A stretch of DNA of 64,000 bases from a virus (lineage: Duplodnaviria > Caudoviricetes), in the IMG/VR virus record IMGVR_UViG_2974602649_000001, positions 1 to 64,000 of that record. The stretch is one strand, 5' to 3'. Within the stretch, counting starts at the first letter, position 1; each line of letters opens with the position of its first letter. A program made the position numbers and the translations under genes. Positions 55,104 through 64,000 of the stretch are shown here, piece by piece. Under the pieces are notes generated by a model. It made no database searches, had not been told where the DNA came from, and worked only from the letters and a program-made list of their open reading frames with translations.

Positions 55104-58100
55104 ACTGCAAGTAAAGGTAGACAGTACACAACTTAAAGATGGTAAGCAAGCATTCAATGAATTTGCGGATTCTGCAAAGAATGCTAGTGATGCTGTCAAC
55201 AAGTTCAAAGGTGGCAGTGCTGGGGGCGGTATTGCCCCCGAGGCTGAGACAAGCAAAGTTAAGAACCTTTCTGCAAGCATTGATGACCAGACTCGTAAGC
55301 TACAGAACTTGGCAACCCAACGTAAGGCTCTAGAAGCCTCCGGGATGAAGACTACTGACATCAATGAATACACACGCCTTAACTCTATTATCGATGCTAA
55401 TATCGCCCTTGTAGAGCGTCAAGGCACTGCTGTTAGTCGTTTGACAAGCTTGGAAGACAAAGACCTTCAGAAGAAAACTCAGAAGGCTGAGCAGGAAGCA
55501 CGCATCCAAGAAAACATCGTAAAGGCAACTGAGCGAAAAGACCTTGTGATCACAAATGCTTCTGCTCGTGAGCAACGTAGTATCGAGCAAACAATCAATG
55601 GTCTTGATCGTCAAATCAAGGCACAGAATGATTATAACAAAGCTATCCAGAATCTGAGTAAGGCTCGTGCTCTCTCCGGTATGTCTGGTCCAGATGACAG
55701 TCGAACTACAATGTCCGGGGCTGAATTCGATTCCTACACAAAACTGGCTGCTGCTCAACGCGATGCGAAGCTTGCTGTTATGGACTACTCTGCGGAGATG
55801 GATCGTGTAAGAAGCAAGCTTGATACCTACACTGCAACACTGAGTCGTACTGACCGTGCTGAAGTTGAGCATAAACGATCAATCGAAGTTTTGAACGAAG
55901 CTCGTCGTCTTGGTATTGTAACGCAAGATGAGTACGATGCTAAGCTCGCTCGTTTTAATGAACGATTGGAATCTGTAAAGAAAGGAAACGAGGGTGCTGC
56001 AATCAGTACCGAGCGTTTGTCTAAACAAATGAACCAAGTTACTGGTCGATACGATGCAGTGACAAAAGCAATGAACAACCAGACAGTTGCTGAGCAAATC
56101 CTCACACAAGCAAATGAGCGTGGTCTGATTAGCACCGAAGACATGACTAAGGCTTTGCAAGGTTACTCTGCTGCGGTAGAAAAGGCAAAAGCAAAAGTAG
56201 CTGGTCCTGACATTGGCGAGGAGTTTGAGCGGGGACTGGATGATGTACTTGCGTATCGAACAGAGTTGCGTAACTTGGAGCTTCAAGAGAAACGTCTGCA
56301 AGACATGCGAAGCTCTGGTCGTGAACTGACTGATACACAACAACGTGATTTGGATCGGGCAACTACAGCACTTCAGAAGAACCGCGAAGCTCTTGAAAAA
56401 CGAATTCGTACTGGTGAAAATGCTGGTATGACGTACAAACAAGAACAAGCAGCCCTTCGTGGTATGCCTGCTCAGATTACCGACATCGTGGTTTCCTTGC
56501 AAGGTGGTCAAGCACCACTGACTGTACTCTTGCAACAAGGTGGTCAGATTAAGGATATGTTTGGTGGTGTTGGTGCTGCCATTCGTGGTATGGCTACAAC
56601 TCTGGTTGGTATGATCAACCCATTCACTGTTGCTGCTGCTGTCATGGGTACGCTGGCAATTGCTGCCTACCAAGGTGGTAATGAACTTAACGAGTTCAAC
56701 AAAGCATTGATTCAAACTCGTGGTGTAAGTGGTGCAAGTGCAAACGACTTCACCGCAATGCGCACTGAGCTTGATGGGATTACTGGTACAGCAAGTCAAG
56801 CTGCTCAAGCACTGACTCTTATGGAGTCGTCTGGTAAGATTGCATCTGGTTCGTTTGTAGAGATTGGTGAAGCTGCAATCCTCATGCAGAAAGCAACAGG
56901 TCAAGCAATGAGTGAAACCATTGAAGACTTTGCTTCTCTTGGTAAGGATCCAGTTGATGCTGCAATTCGTCTTGATGAGAAGTATAAGTTCCTGACGGGT
57001 TCTGTAATCGCTCAGGCTGCTGCTCTGGAAGAACAAGGTCGTAAGCAAGAGGCAGTAACGCTTTTGCAAGGTCGTATGGCAGAAGCTGCTACAGAAGCTG
57101 CTAAGACTATGATTGAAGAGGCTGGTTGGATTGAGCAGGCTTGGAATGGTGTAAAGGGTGCAGTAAGTGATACATGGGATGCTCTGAGGGGCATTGGTCG
57201 TGAAAGTACTGCTCAGTCAGAACTCGATGAGGTTCTTGCGAAACAAAAGGAAATCTATGACCTTGCTCGTGGTAACGAAGCTGCTCTTAAACGAAATAGT
57301 AAGTATCAAGAACTCGAAGCGGAACGTCGAGTATTGCAAGCACGAGTTGATACTGAAAAGTCTCTGGCTGATTACCAAGCAAAGCGTGAAATTGATCGTC
57401 AGAAAGATGTAGCTTACACTAACCAGATGGCAAATGCTTCCCTCTCTAACTTGGCTACACTCGACAAGGTTCAAGCAAAAGAAGAGGCTTTGAAGAAAGT
57501 TCAAAGGGAACAGGCGGAACAACGTGAACGAGTGAAGCGTCTAGGTCGTGACCTGAGTGCTGATGAAGTACGCAACATGGACCGTGCTCTGGCTGCTGCT
57601 AAACAAGAATTGAAAGATGCTCAGGAAGCACAAGCCAAGAAAGGTGGTCGAGGTGCAATTGACACTCGTGAACTCACTGAAGTAAAATCCAACCTGAAAA
57701 ACATCACTGCTGAATACGATGGCTACTACAAGAACATCACTGCTCTCGGTAAAGCTAACGTTGTAAACGCTGAGGCGACATATCGTTCTCAGATGGCGGT
57801 GTTGCAAGCTCAGGAAAAAGCAGTATCTGATTCCTTTGGTAAAACCATTTCCGAACTTGAGCGTCTGCGTGGTGCGAAAGGAAACACCGCTGCCCAAAAC
57901 ATCTCTCTTGATAATCAGATGACAAAAGCTGAGGATGAAAGGGTTAGGGCAGTAGAGGCAATCCAAAACAAACAAGAACAACTGACCATTGCCTTCCAAG
58001 GTGACATGGAAAAGCGTAGAGCTTCGATTGATTCTTACACCGATGCAATTAAAGAACAAGTGCGAGCATTGCGTGAGCAAGGTGATCGTGCTGTTGCTGG

Positions 58101-59061
58101 TGTTGGTATGGGTTCCCGCCAATCCGGTGTAGCAAACCAGCAGTACGACAATGACTTGTGGTACGCAAAAGAAAAACGCAGACTGTCTGAGGCGTTAACT
58201 GCCAACAAGATCGATGACAATGAGTACAAGGAAAAGTACGCTACTCTGAAAGCAGCACACAGTGAGATGACTGATGTCATCATTGAAAATGACCGAAAGG
58301 TTCAGGAAGCAAACGCTGACTGGACAAACGGGTTCACTGCTTCAATTCAGAACGCACAAGATGCTGGTATGAACTTTGCTGGTAATATGCAAACGGCATT
58401 GACTGGAGCATTTACATCAGCAGGTCAAGCATTTGCAACATTCGTCACTACCGGTAAGTTGAGCTTCCAAGACCTCACACTTAGCATCATCAGTAACATG
58501 GCTCAGATTGCCGCCCAACAAGCTGCAATGGGTGCTCTGGGTGCATTGTTCGGTGCTATTGGTGGAGGCATCGGGGGTGGTGGTAATGGATTGGCAGTAG
58601 GTTCGGCTGGTTACACTAGCTCTAACTTGGGTGCATCTGCTGCTGGTTATTCTAGCAAGTACTTTGCAAAAGGTGGAGCGTTTACTGGTGGTACTCAGTA
58701 CTTCGCAAACGGTGGAGCTTTCACAAACGGTATTGTATCGTCTGCAACATCTTTCGGGATGGCTAACGGAAACCGGGGAGTGATGGGTGAAGCTGGTCCA
58801 GAGGCAGTTGTCCCACTCACAAGAACCAGCAATGGTGACTTGGGTGTTAGGATGGTAGGTAATGATGGTTCTGGTGGAAACACCAACATCGTAAACGTAG
58901 TTGTAAACGTATCGGATGACGGCACCCAAACATCTACGGATGGTGGAGGTGACTGGAACTCGTTTGGTTCTCAACTGGGTCAATTCGTTGACCAGCGTGT
59001 TTACACTATCATCAACAAAGAAACACGAGGTGGTGGCTCCCTTCAGCCTCAAAAGCAGTAA
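55087..59061 (+). CDS. tail tape measure protein (lambda family)
   Basis: 1324 aa helical; PAQITDI..SL.GGQ.P..VL.QQGGQ.KD.FGG; MGEAGPEA. Confidence 0.95.
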   Translation: MPTIAELQVKVDSTQLKDGKQAFNEFADSAKNASDAVNKFKGGSAGGGIAPEAETSKVKNLSASIDDQTRKLQNLATQRKALEASGMKTTDINEYTRLNSIIDANIALVERQGTAVSRLTSLEDKDLQKKTQKAEQEARIQENIVKATERKDLVITNASAREQRSIEQTINGLDRQIKAQNDYNKAIQNLSKARALSGMSGPDDSRTTMSGAEFDSYTKLAAAQRDAKLAVMDYSAEMDRVRSKLDTYTATLSRTDRAEVEHKRSIEVLNEARRLGIVTQDEYDAKLARFNERLESVKKGNEGAAISTERLSKQMNQVTGRYDAVTKAMNNQTVAEQILTQANERGLISTEDMTKALQGYSAAVEKAKAKVAGPDIGEEFERGLDDVLAYRTELRNLELQEKRLQDMRSSGRELTDTQQRDLDRATTALQKNREALEKRIRTGENAGMTYKQEQAALRGMPAQITDIVVSLQGGQAPLTVLLQQGGQIKDMFGGVGAAIRGMATTLVGMINPFTVAAAVMGTLAIAAYQGGNELNEFNKALIQTRGVSGASANDFTAMRTELDGITGTASQAAQALTLMESSGKIASGSFVEIGEAAILMQKATGQAMSETIEDFASLGKDPVDAAIRLDEKYKFLTGSVIAQAAALEEQGRKQEAVTLLQGRMAEAATEAAKTMIEEAGWIEQAWNGVKGAVSDTWDALRGIGRESTAQSELDEVLAKQKEIYDLARGNEAALKRNSKYQELEAERRVLQARVDTEKSLADYQAKREIDRQKDVAYTNQMANASLSNLATLDKVQAKEEALKKVQREQAEQRERVKRLGRDLSADEVRNMDRALAAAKQELKDAQEAQAKKGGRGAIDTRELTEVKSNLKNITAEYDGYYKNITALGKANVVNAEATYRSQMAVLQAQEKAVSDSFGKTISELERLRGAKGNTAAQNISLDNQMTKAEDERVRAVEAIQNKQEQLTIAFQGDMEKRRASIDSYTDAIKEQVRALREQGDRAVAGVGMGSRQSGVANQQYDNDLWYAKEKRRLSEALTANKIDDNEYKEKYATLKAAHSEMTDVIIENDRKVQEANADWTNGFTASIQNAQDAGMNFAGNMQTALTGAFTSAGQAFATFVTTGKLSFQDLTLSIISNMAQIAAQQAAMGALGALFGAIGGGIGGGGNGLAVGSAGYTSSNLGASAAGYSSKYFAKGGAFTGGTQYFANGGAFTNGIVSSATSFGMANGNRGVMGEAGPEAVVPLTRTSNGDLGVRMVGNDGSGGNTNIVNVVVNVSDDGTQTSTDGGGDWNSFGSQLGQFVDQRVYTIINKETRGGGSLQPQKQ

Positions 59062-59163
59062 CTTGACAAATTGGAATTCTACATAGTAGAATTATTTCTA
59101 TATGGGGAGGGTTTGTTTGGTGACAACTTCACTAAGCACCTCCCCTTTTTATTTGGAGGAGAT

Positions 59164-59511
59164 ATGGCAACAAAGACATTTACATGGCGTGTTGAACGAA
59201 ACCTTACCCCAACCATTGACTATCGGACAACCAAAACTCAGTTCGGTGATGGTTATGAGCAAGTTAGTTCTGACGGTATCAACACAAAGAACGAATCGTG
59301 GGCAGTGCGAGTTACAGCAAAGACTGAAAAAGAAGCTGGGGAAATCATGGACTTCTTTGACTCACTTGGTGGTGTGCATTCTTTCCTTTGGAAGCCACCT
59401 CTTGGTAAGACAGCTCTTTATCGTTGTGATAATCCTACACCAACCCCGCAAGGTGGTGGAGTGTATGTAATTACTGGCACTTTCGTCAAGTCCTATAACA
59501 ATCCAGAATGA
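59164..59511 (+). CDS. minor tail protein M (distal tail)
   Basis: FGDGYEQ...GIN, F.W.PP; GGAGGA RBS. Confidence 0.9.
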   Translation: MATKTFTWRVERNLTPTIDYRTTKTQFGDGYEQVSSDGINTKNESWAVRVTAKTEKEAGEIMDFFDSLGGVHSFLWKPPLGKTALYRCDNPTPTPQGGGVYVITGTFVKSYNNPE

Positions 59512-59520
59512 GGTAATCTA

Positions 59521-60255
59521 ATGGCATTAACCGCATTGCTCGAAACAATTCACAGTCTTGAACCGGGCGCTCGTGTCGAACTCATTGAGGTTGACTGCCG
59601 TTCGTTTGGTGGGGACATTCTTCGATTCCATAACTACAACGTAGATTACACTGAAGCTGAACTAAATGCAATGAAAAATGATCCAAGCATTCCACCTAAG
59701 GGTATTGTTTGGCAAGGGGAAACATACACCGCTTGGCCTTACGAGCTAACAGGTATTGAGTGGGATGGTACAGGTAAAAGCCCCCAACCTTCTCTGACAG
59801 TAGCTAACCAAGATGGTAGCATTACCTCTATGTGTTATCAACTGAATAACCTGTACGGAGCGAAAGTTATCAAGCATACCACCTTCAGACAATTCATGCC
59901 CGGGCAGCCTGAAGAAGACAGCACGATGGAGTTTCGTCAAGTGTGGTTCATCACCCGTAAGGCTAGTGACAACATTGACGGTGTTAGCTTTGAGTTGTCA
60001 AGTCCTGCTGACTTCTCTGGTCAAAAGATCCCACGCAGGCAGATCCATGCTCTTTGTCATTGGGCGATGAACGGTGGATATCGTGGACCAGACTGCGGAT
60101 ATACAGGTACAAAGTATTTCACAGACAAGGATGTTGAGACTACAAACCCAGCGTTGGATGTTTGTCCCGGATTGTTCAAGAGTTGTGAACTCCGATTCGG
60201 AAAGAATGAACCTACACCATTTGGTGGATTCATCGCTGCAACAGTAATCGGGTAA
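59521..60255 (+). CDS. minor tail protein L
   Basis: I.WQG..Y..WP, C.W...YRG..CGY.G, C..RFG, FGGF. Confidence 0.92.
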   Translation: MALTALLETIHSLEPGARVELIEVDCRSFGGDILRFHNYNVDYTEAELNAMKNDPSIPPKGIVWQGETYTAWPYELTGIEWDGTGKSPQPSLTVANQDGSITSMCYQLNNLYGAKVIKHTTFRQFMPGQPEEDSTMEFRQVWFITRKASDNIDGVSFELSSPADFSGQKIPRRQIHALCHWAMNGGYRGPDCGYTGTKYFTDKDVETTNPALDVCPGLFKSCELRFGKNEPTPFGGFIAATVIG

Positions 60256-60265
60256 GGAGAATAAC

Positions 60266-61075
60266 ATGATCCCAAAGAAACTCAAAGCGAAAACAATCAA
60301 AGCAATCAAAAAGCATGCTGAGCAAGGTTACCCTAATGAGGTTTGCGGGGTTGTGGTTATGACAAGTACTGGAGAGCAATACGTCGAGTGTGTCAACCTT
60401 AGTTCGGATCCAACACAAGAATTTCAAATGTGCCCAGAGTCTTATGTTAAAGCAGAAGAACTTGGTGAAGTGGTCGGCATTGTTCATAGTCATCCCGATG
60501 GTACTAGCTACCCTAGTGACACTGACTTGGCTGTGATGAACAACAGCTATGAAATCCAGCTTATGGTTGACCCAACCTCTAAACCTATTCCATGGCACAT
60601 CGTATCATGGCCAGAAGGCGATTACCAGCAGGTTTTACCCGAGGACATAGGGTTGATTGGGAAAGACTTCATTCACGGTTTAAACGACTGCTGGGCAGCT
60701 TGTGAGGCATATTACAGGAAGTACCACAACCTTGAGTTCCCCCGTTATGAGCGTGAGGATCTTTGGTGGGAAAATGCAAACAGCACATCTCTGTATGAGA
60801 AAAACTTCAAAGAAGCTGGCTTCTATGCGGTGGAGGATTATAAACCGGGTGACATGATCGTCATGCAGATCGGTAAAAGTCATTTCCCTAACCATGCCGG
60901 TATTTATCTAGGTGAGACAAAAGAGTTTGAAGGGAGAGAGTTCTACGCATCCCCACTTATGTATCATCACATGTACAATCGAAAAAGTGAAGTCGTTGTG
61001 TATGGTGGTCAGTGGCTGCAACGTACTCGACTCATCTTGAGGCACAAAGGAGTAAAACATGGCAACGTGGATTGA
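60266..61075 (+). CDS. tail assembly protein K (JAB + NlpC/P60)
   Basis: YP.E.CG, HSHPD...PS..D, DC, NHAGIYLG. Confidence 0.92.
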   Translation: MIPKKLKAKTIKAIKKHAEQGYPNEVCGVVVMTSTGEQYVECVNLSSDPTQEFQMCPESYVKAEELGEVVGIVHSHPDGTSYPSDTDLAVMNNSYEIQLMVDPTSKPIPWHIVSWPEGDYQQVLPEDIGLIGKDFIHGLNDCWAACEAYYRKYHNLEFPRYEREDLWWENANSTSLYEKNFKEAGFYAVEDYKPGDMIVMQIGKSHFPNHAGIYLGETKEFEGREFYASPLMYHHMYNRKSEVVVYGGQWLQRTRLILRHKGVKHGNVD

Positions 61076-61652
61076 GGTAAAACCCGCTGGCTATCTAAAG
61101 AAGTTTGGTAATCATAAGTTCTATGTTGATAGTCCAGCAGAAGCAATTAAGGCAATGATGTTTCAAGTAAAGGGCTTCAAAGAAGCATTCTTTGCTGCTG
61201 AAAAGAAAGGACTTCGGTTTCAAGTACTGAGTGATAAACTCCAAGTCACTCACCCTGACATGTTGCTGATGGGGGAACCTAAAGTTGTAAAGATTGTTCC
61301 ACGACAATACGGTAGGAAGAATGGTGGATGGGGAATGATCCTCGCTGCTGCTGCAATTGCCGCTGTTGTTCTCACAGGTGGTGTTGGTGGTTTCTTTGTA
61401 GCCGGTACTGTCTCTGGTAGCATTGCAACATCTGTAGCCATCTCTTTCGCACTTGGTGGTATTACACAACTAATGACACCAGCACCCGAGGGTCTGAAAA
61501 CAAGAACAGATCCTGAAAACAAAGCATCTTATGCATTCGGCGGTCCTGTAAACACAACAGCACAAGGTCAACCAGTCCCTGTTTTCTACGGATATCGGGA
61601 GGTCGGCGGTGCTGTTATTTCTGCAAGTATGACCTCTGAAGATCAAAAGTAA
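61059..61652 (+). CDS. tail assembly protein I
   Basis: SYAFGGPVNTTAQG.PVPV.YG...GGAVISA. Confidence 0.92.
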   Translation: MATWIEVKPAGYLKKFGNHKFYVDSPAEAIKAMMFQVKGFKEAFFAAEKKGLRFQVLSDKLQVTHPDMLLMGEPKVVKIVPRQYGRKNGGWGMILAAAAIAAVVLTGGVGGFFVAGTVSGSIATSVAISFALGGITQLMTPAPEGLKTRTDPENKASYAFGGPVNTTAQGQPVPVFYGYREVGGAVISASMTSEDQK

Positions 61653-61676
61653 ATTAACTTCCGATAGGAGACAAAA

Positions 61677-64000
61677 ATGATCCCTCACATCCATGGTATG
61701 AAAGGTGGTTCTCAGAAACCACACACTCCTGTAGAAACACCTAACAACCTCCTGTCGGTTGCTTATGCCAAGATTCTTATGGCAGTTGCAGAAGGTGAGC
61801 TTGCTGGTAACCCAACTGCTCAGGACATTTTCCTCGACGGCACTCCTTTGGCTAACGCTGACGGTTCTTTTAACTTCGACGGTGTAAAGTGGGAGTGGCG
61901 TTCTGGTACTCAACATCAGACTTACATCCAAGGTATGCCAGAAGTTGCAACTGAGTACAACATTGGTACTGAGTTGACTAACGTAACTAGCTGGACTCGT
62001 ACGGTAACCACCCCGGGTCTTGACGCTGTTCGTATCACGATGCAGTTCCCTGCTCTGTTGAAACAAGAAACAAACGGTGATACCAATGGTACTTCTGTTG
62101 AGTTTGCAATCGACATGTCTCCAATTGGTCAACCGCTTACTGAAGTTGCTCGTTATACCGTAACTGGTAAAACCAACCAAGCTTATGAAAAGACTTACCG
62201 GGTAGACCTCCCAGCTAGTACTCGTGGGTGGACTGTTCGGGTTCGTCGTGTAACACCAGACAGTACGTCGAGTATGCTCCAGAACAAGACTGTTGTAAAG
62301 TCCTATACTGAAGTGAAAGACCTGAAGCAAACCTACCCACACACCGCTCTGCTGTACGTTGAGTTCGACTCCCGTACCTTTGGTGGTGGCAACATCCCTA
62401 AGATTAGTGTTCGCACCAAAGGTCGTATCGTTCAAGTACCGTCCACGTATGATCCTGAGGCTCGCACTTACACAGGTGTCTGGTCTGGTGACTTCAAATG
62501 GGCATGGACAAACAACCCTATTTGGGTTTACTATGACCTCGTTACTCAAGATCGTTTCGCACTGGGTCACAAGATCACACCAGACATGGTGGACAAGTGG
62601 GCGCTGTATGAGTTGGCACAATACTGTGACGTAATGGTTGATGATGGTACTGGTTTTGGTGGTAAAGTTCCACGCCACACCTGTAACGTTTATATCCAAG
62701 AACAGCAAGATGCTTATCAGGTACTTCGTGATATTGCAGGCATCTTCAACGGTATGACCTACTGGGATGGCAACAAGATGGTTGCTGTTGCTGACAAGAA
62801 AGAAGACCTGACGAATGCTCCAATCTTCTCTCGTGCTAACGTTGTCAATGGTCGTTTCGATTACCCAGCAGCAGACGATAAGTCGATTTACACAAGTGCT
62901 CTGGTTAGCTTTGATGATCCAGACAACCACTATGAGTCCACTGTGGCTGCAACTTGGGAACGTTCTCAGATGCAACGTTGGGGTGGTGATCGTCAGACCA
63001 ACCTTAGTGCAATCGGTTGCACCTCCCGTTCTGAGGCTCAGAGACGCGGTAAGTACGTCTTGCTGACCAACATGTACAACCGTATGGTTAAGTTCCGTAC
63101 TGGCCTTCAAGGGCTTGATCAAGCTGTTCTACCGGGTAGTATCATCCATGTAGTTGACCCACTGATGGGTGGTCGTCCGTTTACTGGTCGAGTCGCTGCT
63201 GTAGTCAACCAGCGTCAGATCTACCTTGATCGTGATTCTGGTGCAAAAGTTGGTGATACTCTGTACGTTACCCTGCGTAATGGTAAAACAGAAGGTCGTC
63301 AGATCATGCGCATTGGTGGAAACTCTGTCACCGTTAGTACTGCATACACTCAAGATCCACCGATCAACTCTGTGTGGTATCTTGAATCGTCCGACCTCAA
63401 GTCTCAACTGTTCCGTGTGACTAAGGTAACAAACCCAGATCCAGCAGTATTTGAGATTGAGGGTGTAGAGTACAACGAATCCAAGTATGATGCAATCGAC
63501 AACGGTGCTCGACTGGAATCTAGACCAATCAACCAAGTACCTGACCGCATGCAGCAAGCACCTGCATCCGTTAACATCACTTCCCGCACATATGTCGAAC
63601 AAACAATGGCGGTAACCACTATGACCATTTCTTGGCCACAGACACCAAACGCTGTTAGTTATGAAGTACAGTGGCGTGTTGGCGATGGTGACTGGGTAAA
63701 CGTTGGCGTAACTGGTGCTAACGAGATTGACATTAAAGGTATCTACGCTGGTGAGTATCTGGCTAGGGTTCGTGCTCGAAACAGCATCGGGATTGGTTCT
63801 GTATGGACAACATCCACGCTTACAAGCCTCGCTGGTAAAGCTGGTAAACCGCCAACCATTGCAAGCTTGACGACAACCCCAATGTTCTTCGGTATTCGTT
63901 TGGACTGGACATTCCCACCGGGAGCTACAGACACACTGAAGACTGAAATCATGTACAGCCAGAATGCAAACTTTACATCTGCAATTAAACTTGGTGACTT
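61677..64000 (+). CDS. host specificity/central tail fibre protein J (3' end outside window)
   Basis: ATG 61677 after AGGAG: MIPHIHGMKGGSQKPHTPVETPNNL.S...EGE...IFLDGTP; later WTNNP.W..YD, GCTS...A.R.G; missing from the ORF track because there is no stop in the window. Confidence 0.93.
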   Translation, partial: MIPHIHGMKGGSQKPHTPVETPNNLLSVAYAKILMAVAEGELAGNPTAQDIFLDGTPLANADGSFNFDGVKWEWRSGTQHQTYIQGMPEVATEYNIGTELTNVTSWTRTVTTPGLDAVRITMQFPALLKQETNGDTNGTSVEFAIDMSPIGQPLTEVARYTVTGKTNQAYEKTYRVDLPASTRGWTVRVRRVTPDSTSSMLQNKTVVKSYTEVKDLKQTYPHTALLYVEFDSRTFGGGNIPKISVRTKGRIVQVPSTYDPEARTYTGVWSGDFKWAWTNNPIWVYYDLVTQDRFALGHKITPDMVDKWALYELAQYCDVMVDDGTGFGGKVPRHTCNVYIQEQQDAYQVLRDIAGIFNGMTYWDGNKMVAVADKKEDLTNAPIFSRANVVNGRFDYPAADDKSIYTSALVSFDDPDNHYESTVAATWERSQMQRWGGDRQTNLSAIGCTSRSEAQRRGKYVLLTNMYNRMVKFRTGLQGLDQAVLPGSIIHVVDPLMGGRPFTGRVAAVVNQRQIYLDRDSGAKVGDTLYVTLRNGKTEGRQIMRIGGNSVTVSTAYTQDPPINSVWYLESSDLKSQLFRVTKVTNPDPAVFEIEGVEYNESKYDAIDNGARLESRPINQVPDRMQQAPASVNITSRTYVEQTMAVTTMTISWPQTPNAVSYEVQWRVGDGDWVNVGVTGANEIDIKGIYAGEYLARVRARNSIGIGSVWTTSTLTSLAGKAGKPPTIASLTTTPMFFGIRLDWTFPPGATDTLKTEIMYSQNANFTSAIKLGD

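Noticed and set aside
47635-63602. Long minus-strand ORFs (47635-49206, 50754-51815, 55879-57069, 61470-63122)
   Set aside because: Antisense shadows of portal, capsid, TMP and gpJ caused by codon bias

Overview
A 64 kb segment of a lytic tailed dsDNA phage (siphovirus with a lambda-like tail tip). The host is probably Pseudomonas, inferred from the tail tube/chaperone type, the parS variant and the promoter style. Layout: (i) 1-8.1 kb (+): tail end of a LAGLIDADG endonuclease, class I ribonucleotide reductase nrdAB and small ORFs. (ii) ~8.2-21.3 kb (+): an 'early' island of small genes behind about 16 strong sigma70 promoters. It is bounded by two similar A/T-tract sequences and is probably a ~13 kb long terminal repeat. 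(iii) 21.4-41.8 kb (-): accessory and counter-defence genes (NADAR, SLOG, Nudix, phosphatase, DNA ligase, dCMP deaminase, YgiB/YgiC-like pair, NAD+ reconstitution pair, Pnk + Rnl1). (iv) A strand switch with three palindromic repeats ahead of an HTH gene, six tRNA or tRNA-like genes, then the head and tail module (TerS to gpJ, truncated by the window end). The most striking signal is non-coding. The early island carries binding sites for host chromosome and transcription machinery that no gene in the window explains: three identical parS-like 16-mers (TGTTCCACATGGAACA), a dif-like XerC/XerD site with a perfect XerD arm, five sigma54 -24/-12 motifs (four arranged as two head-to-head pairs) and a dense array of short palindromes. 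All functional calls come from reading motifs by eye; no database searches were run.
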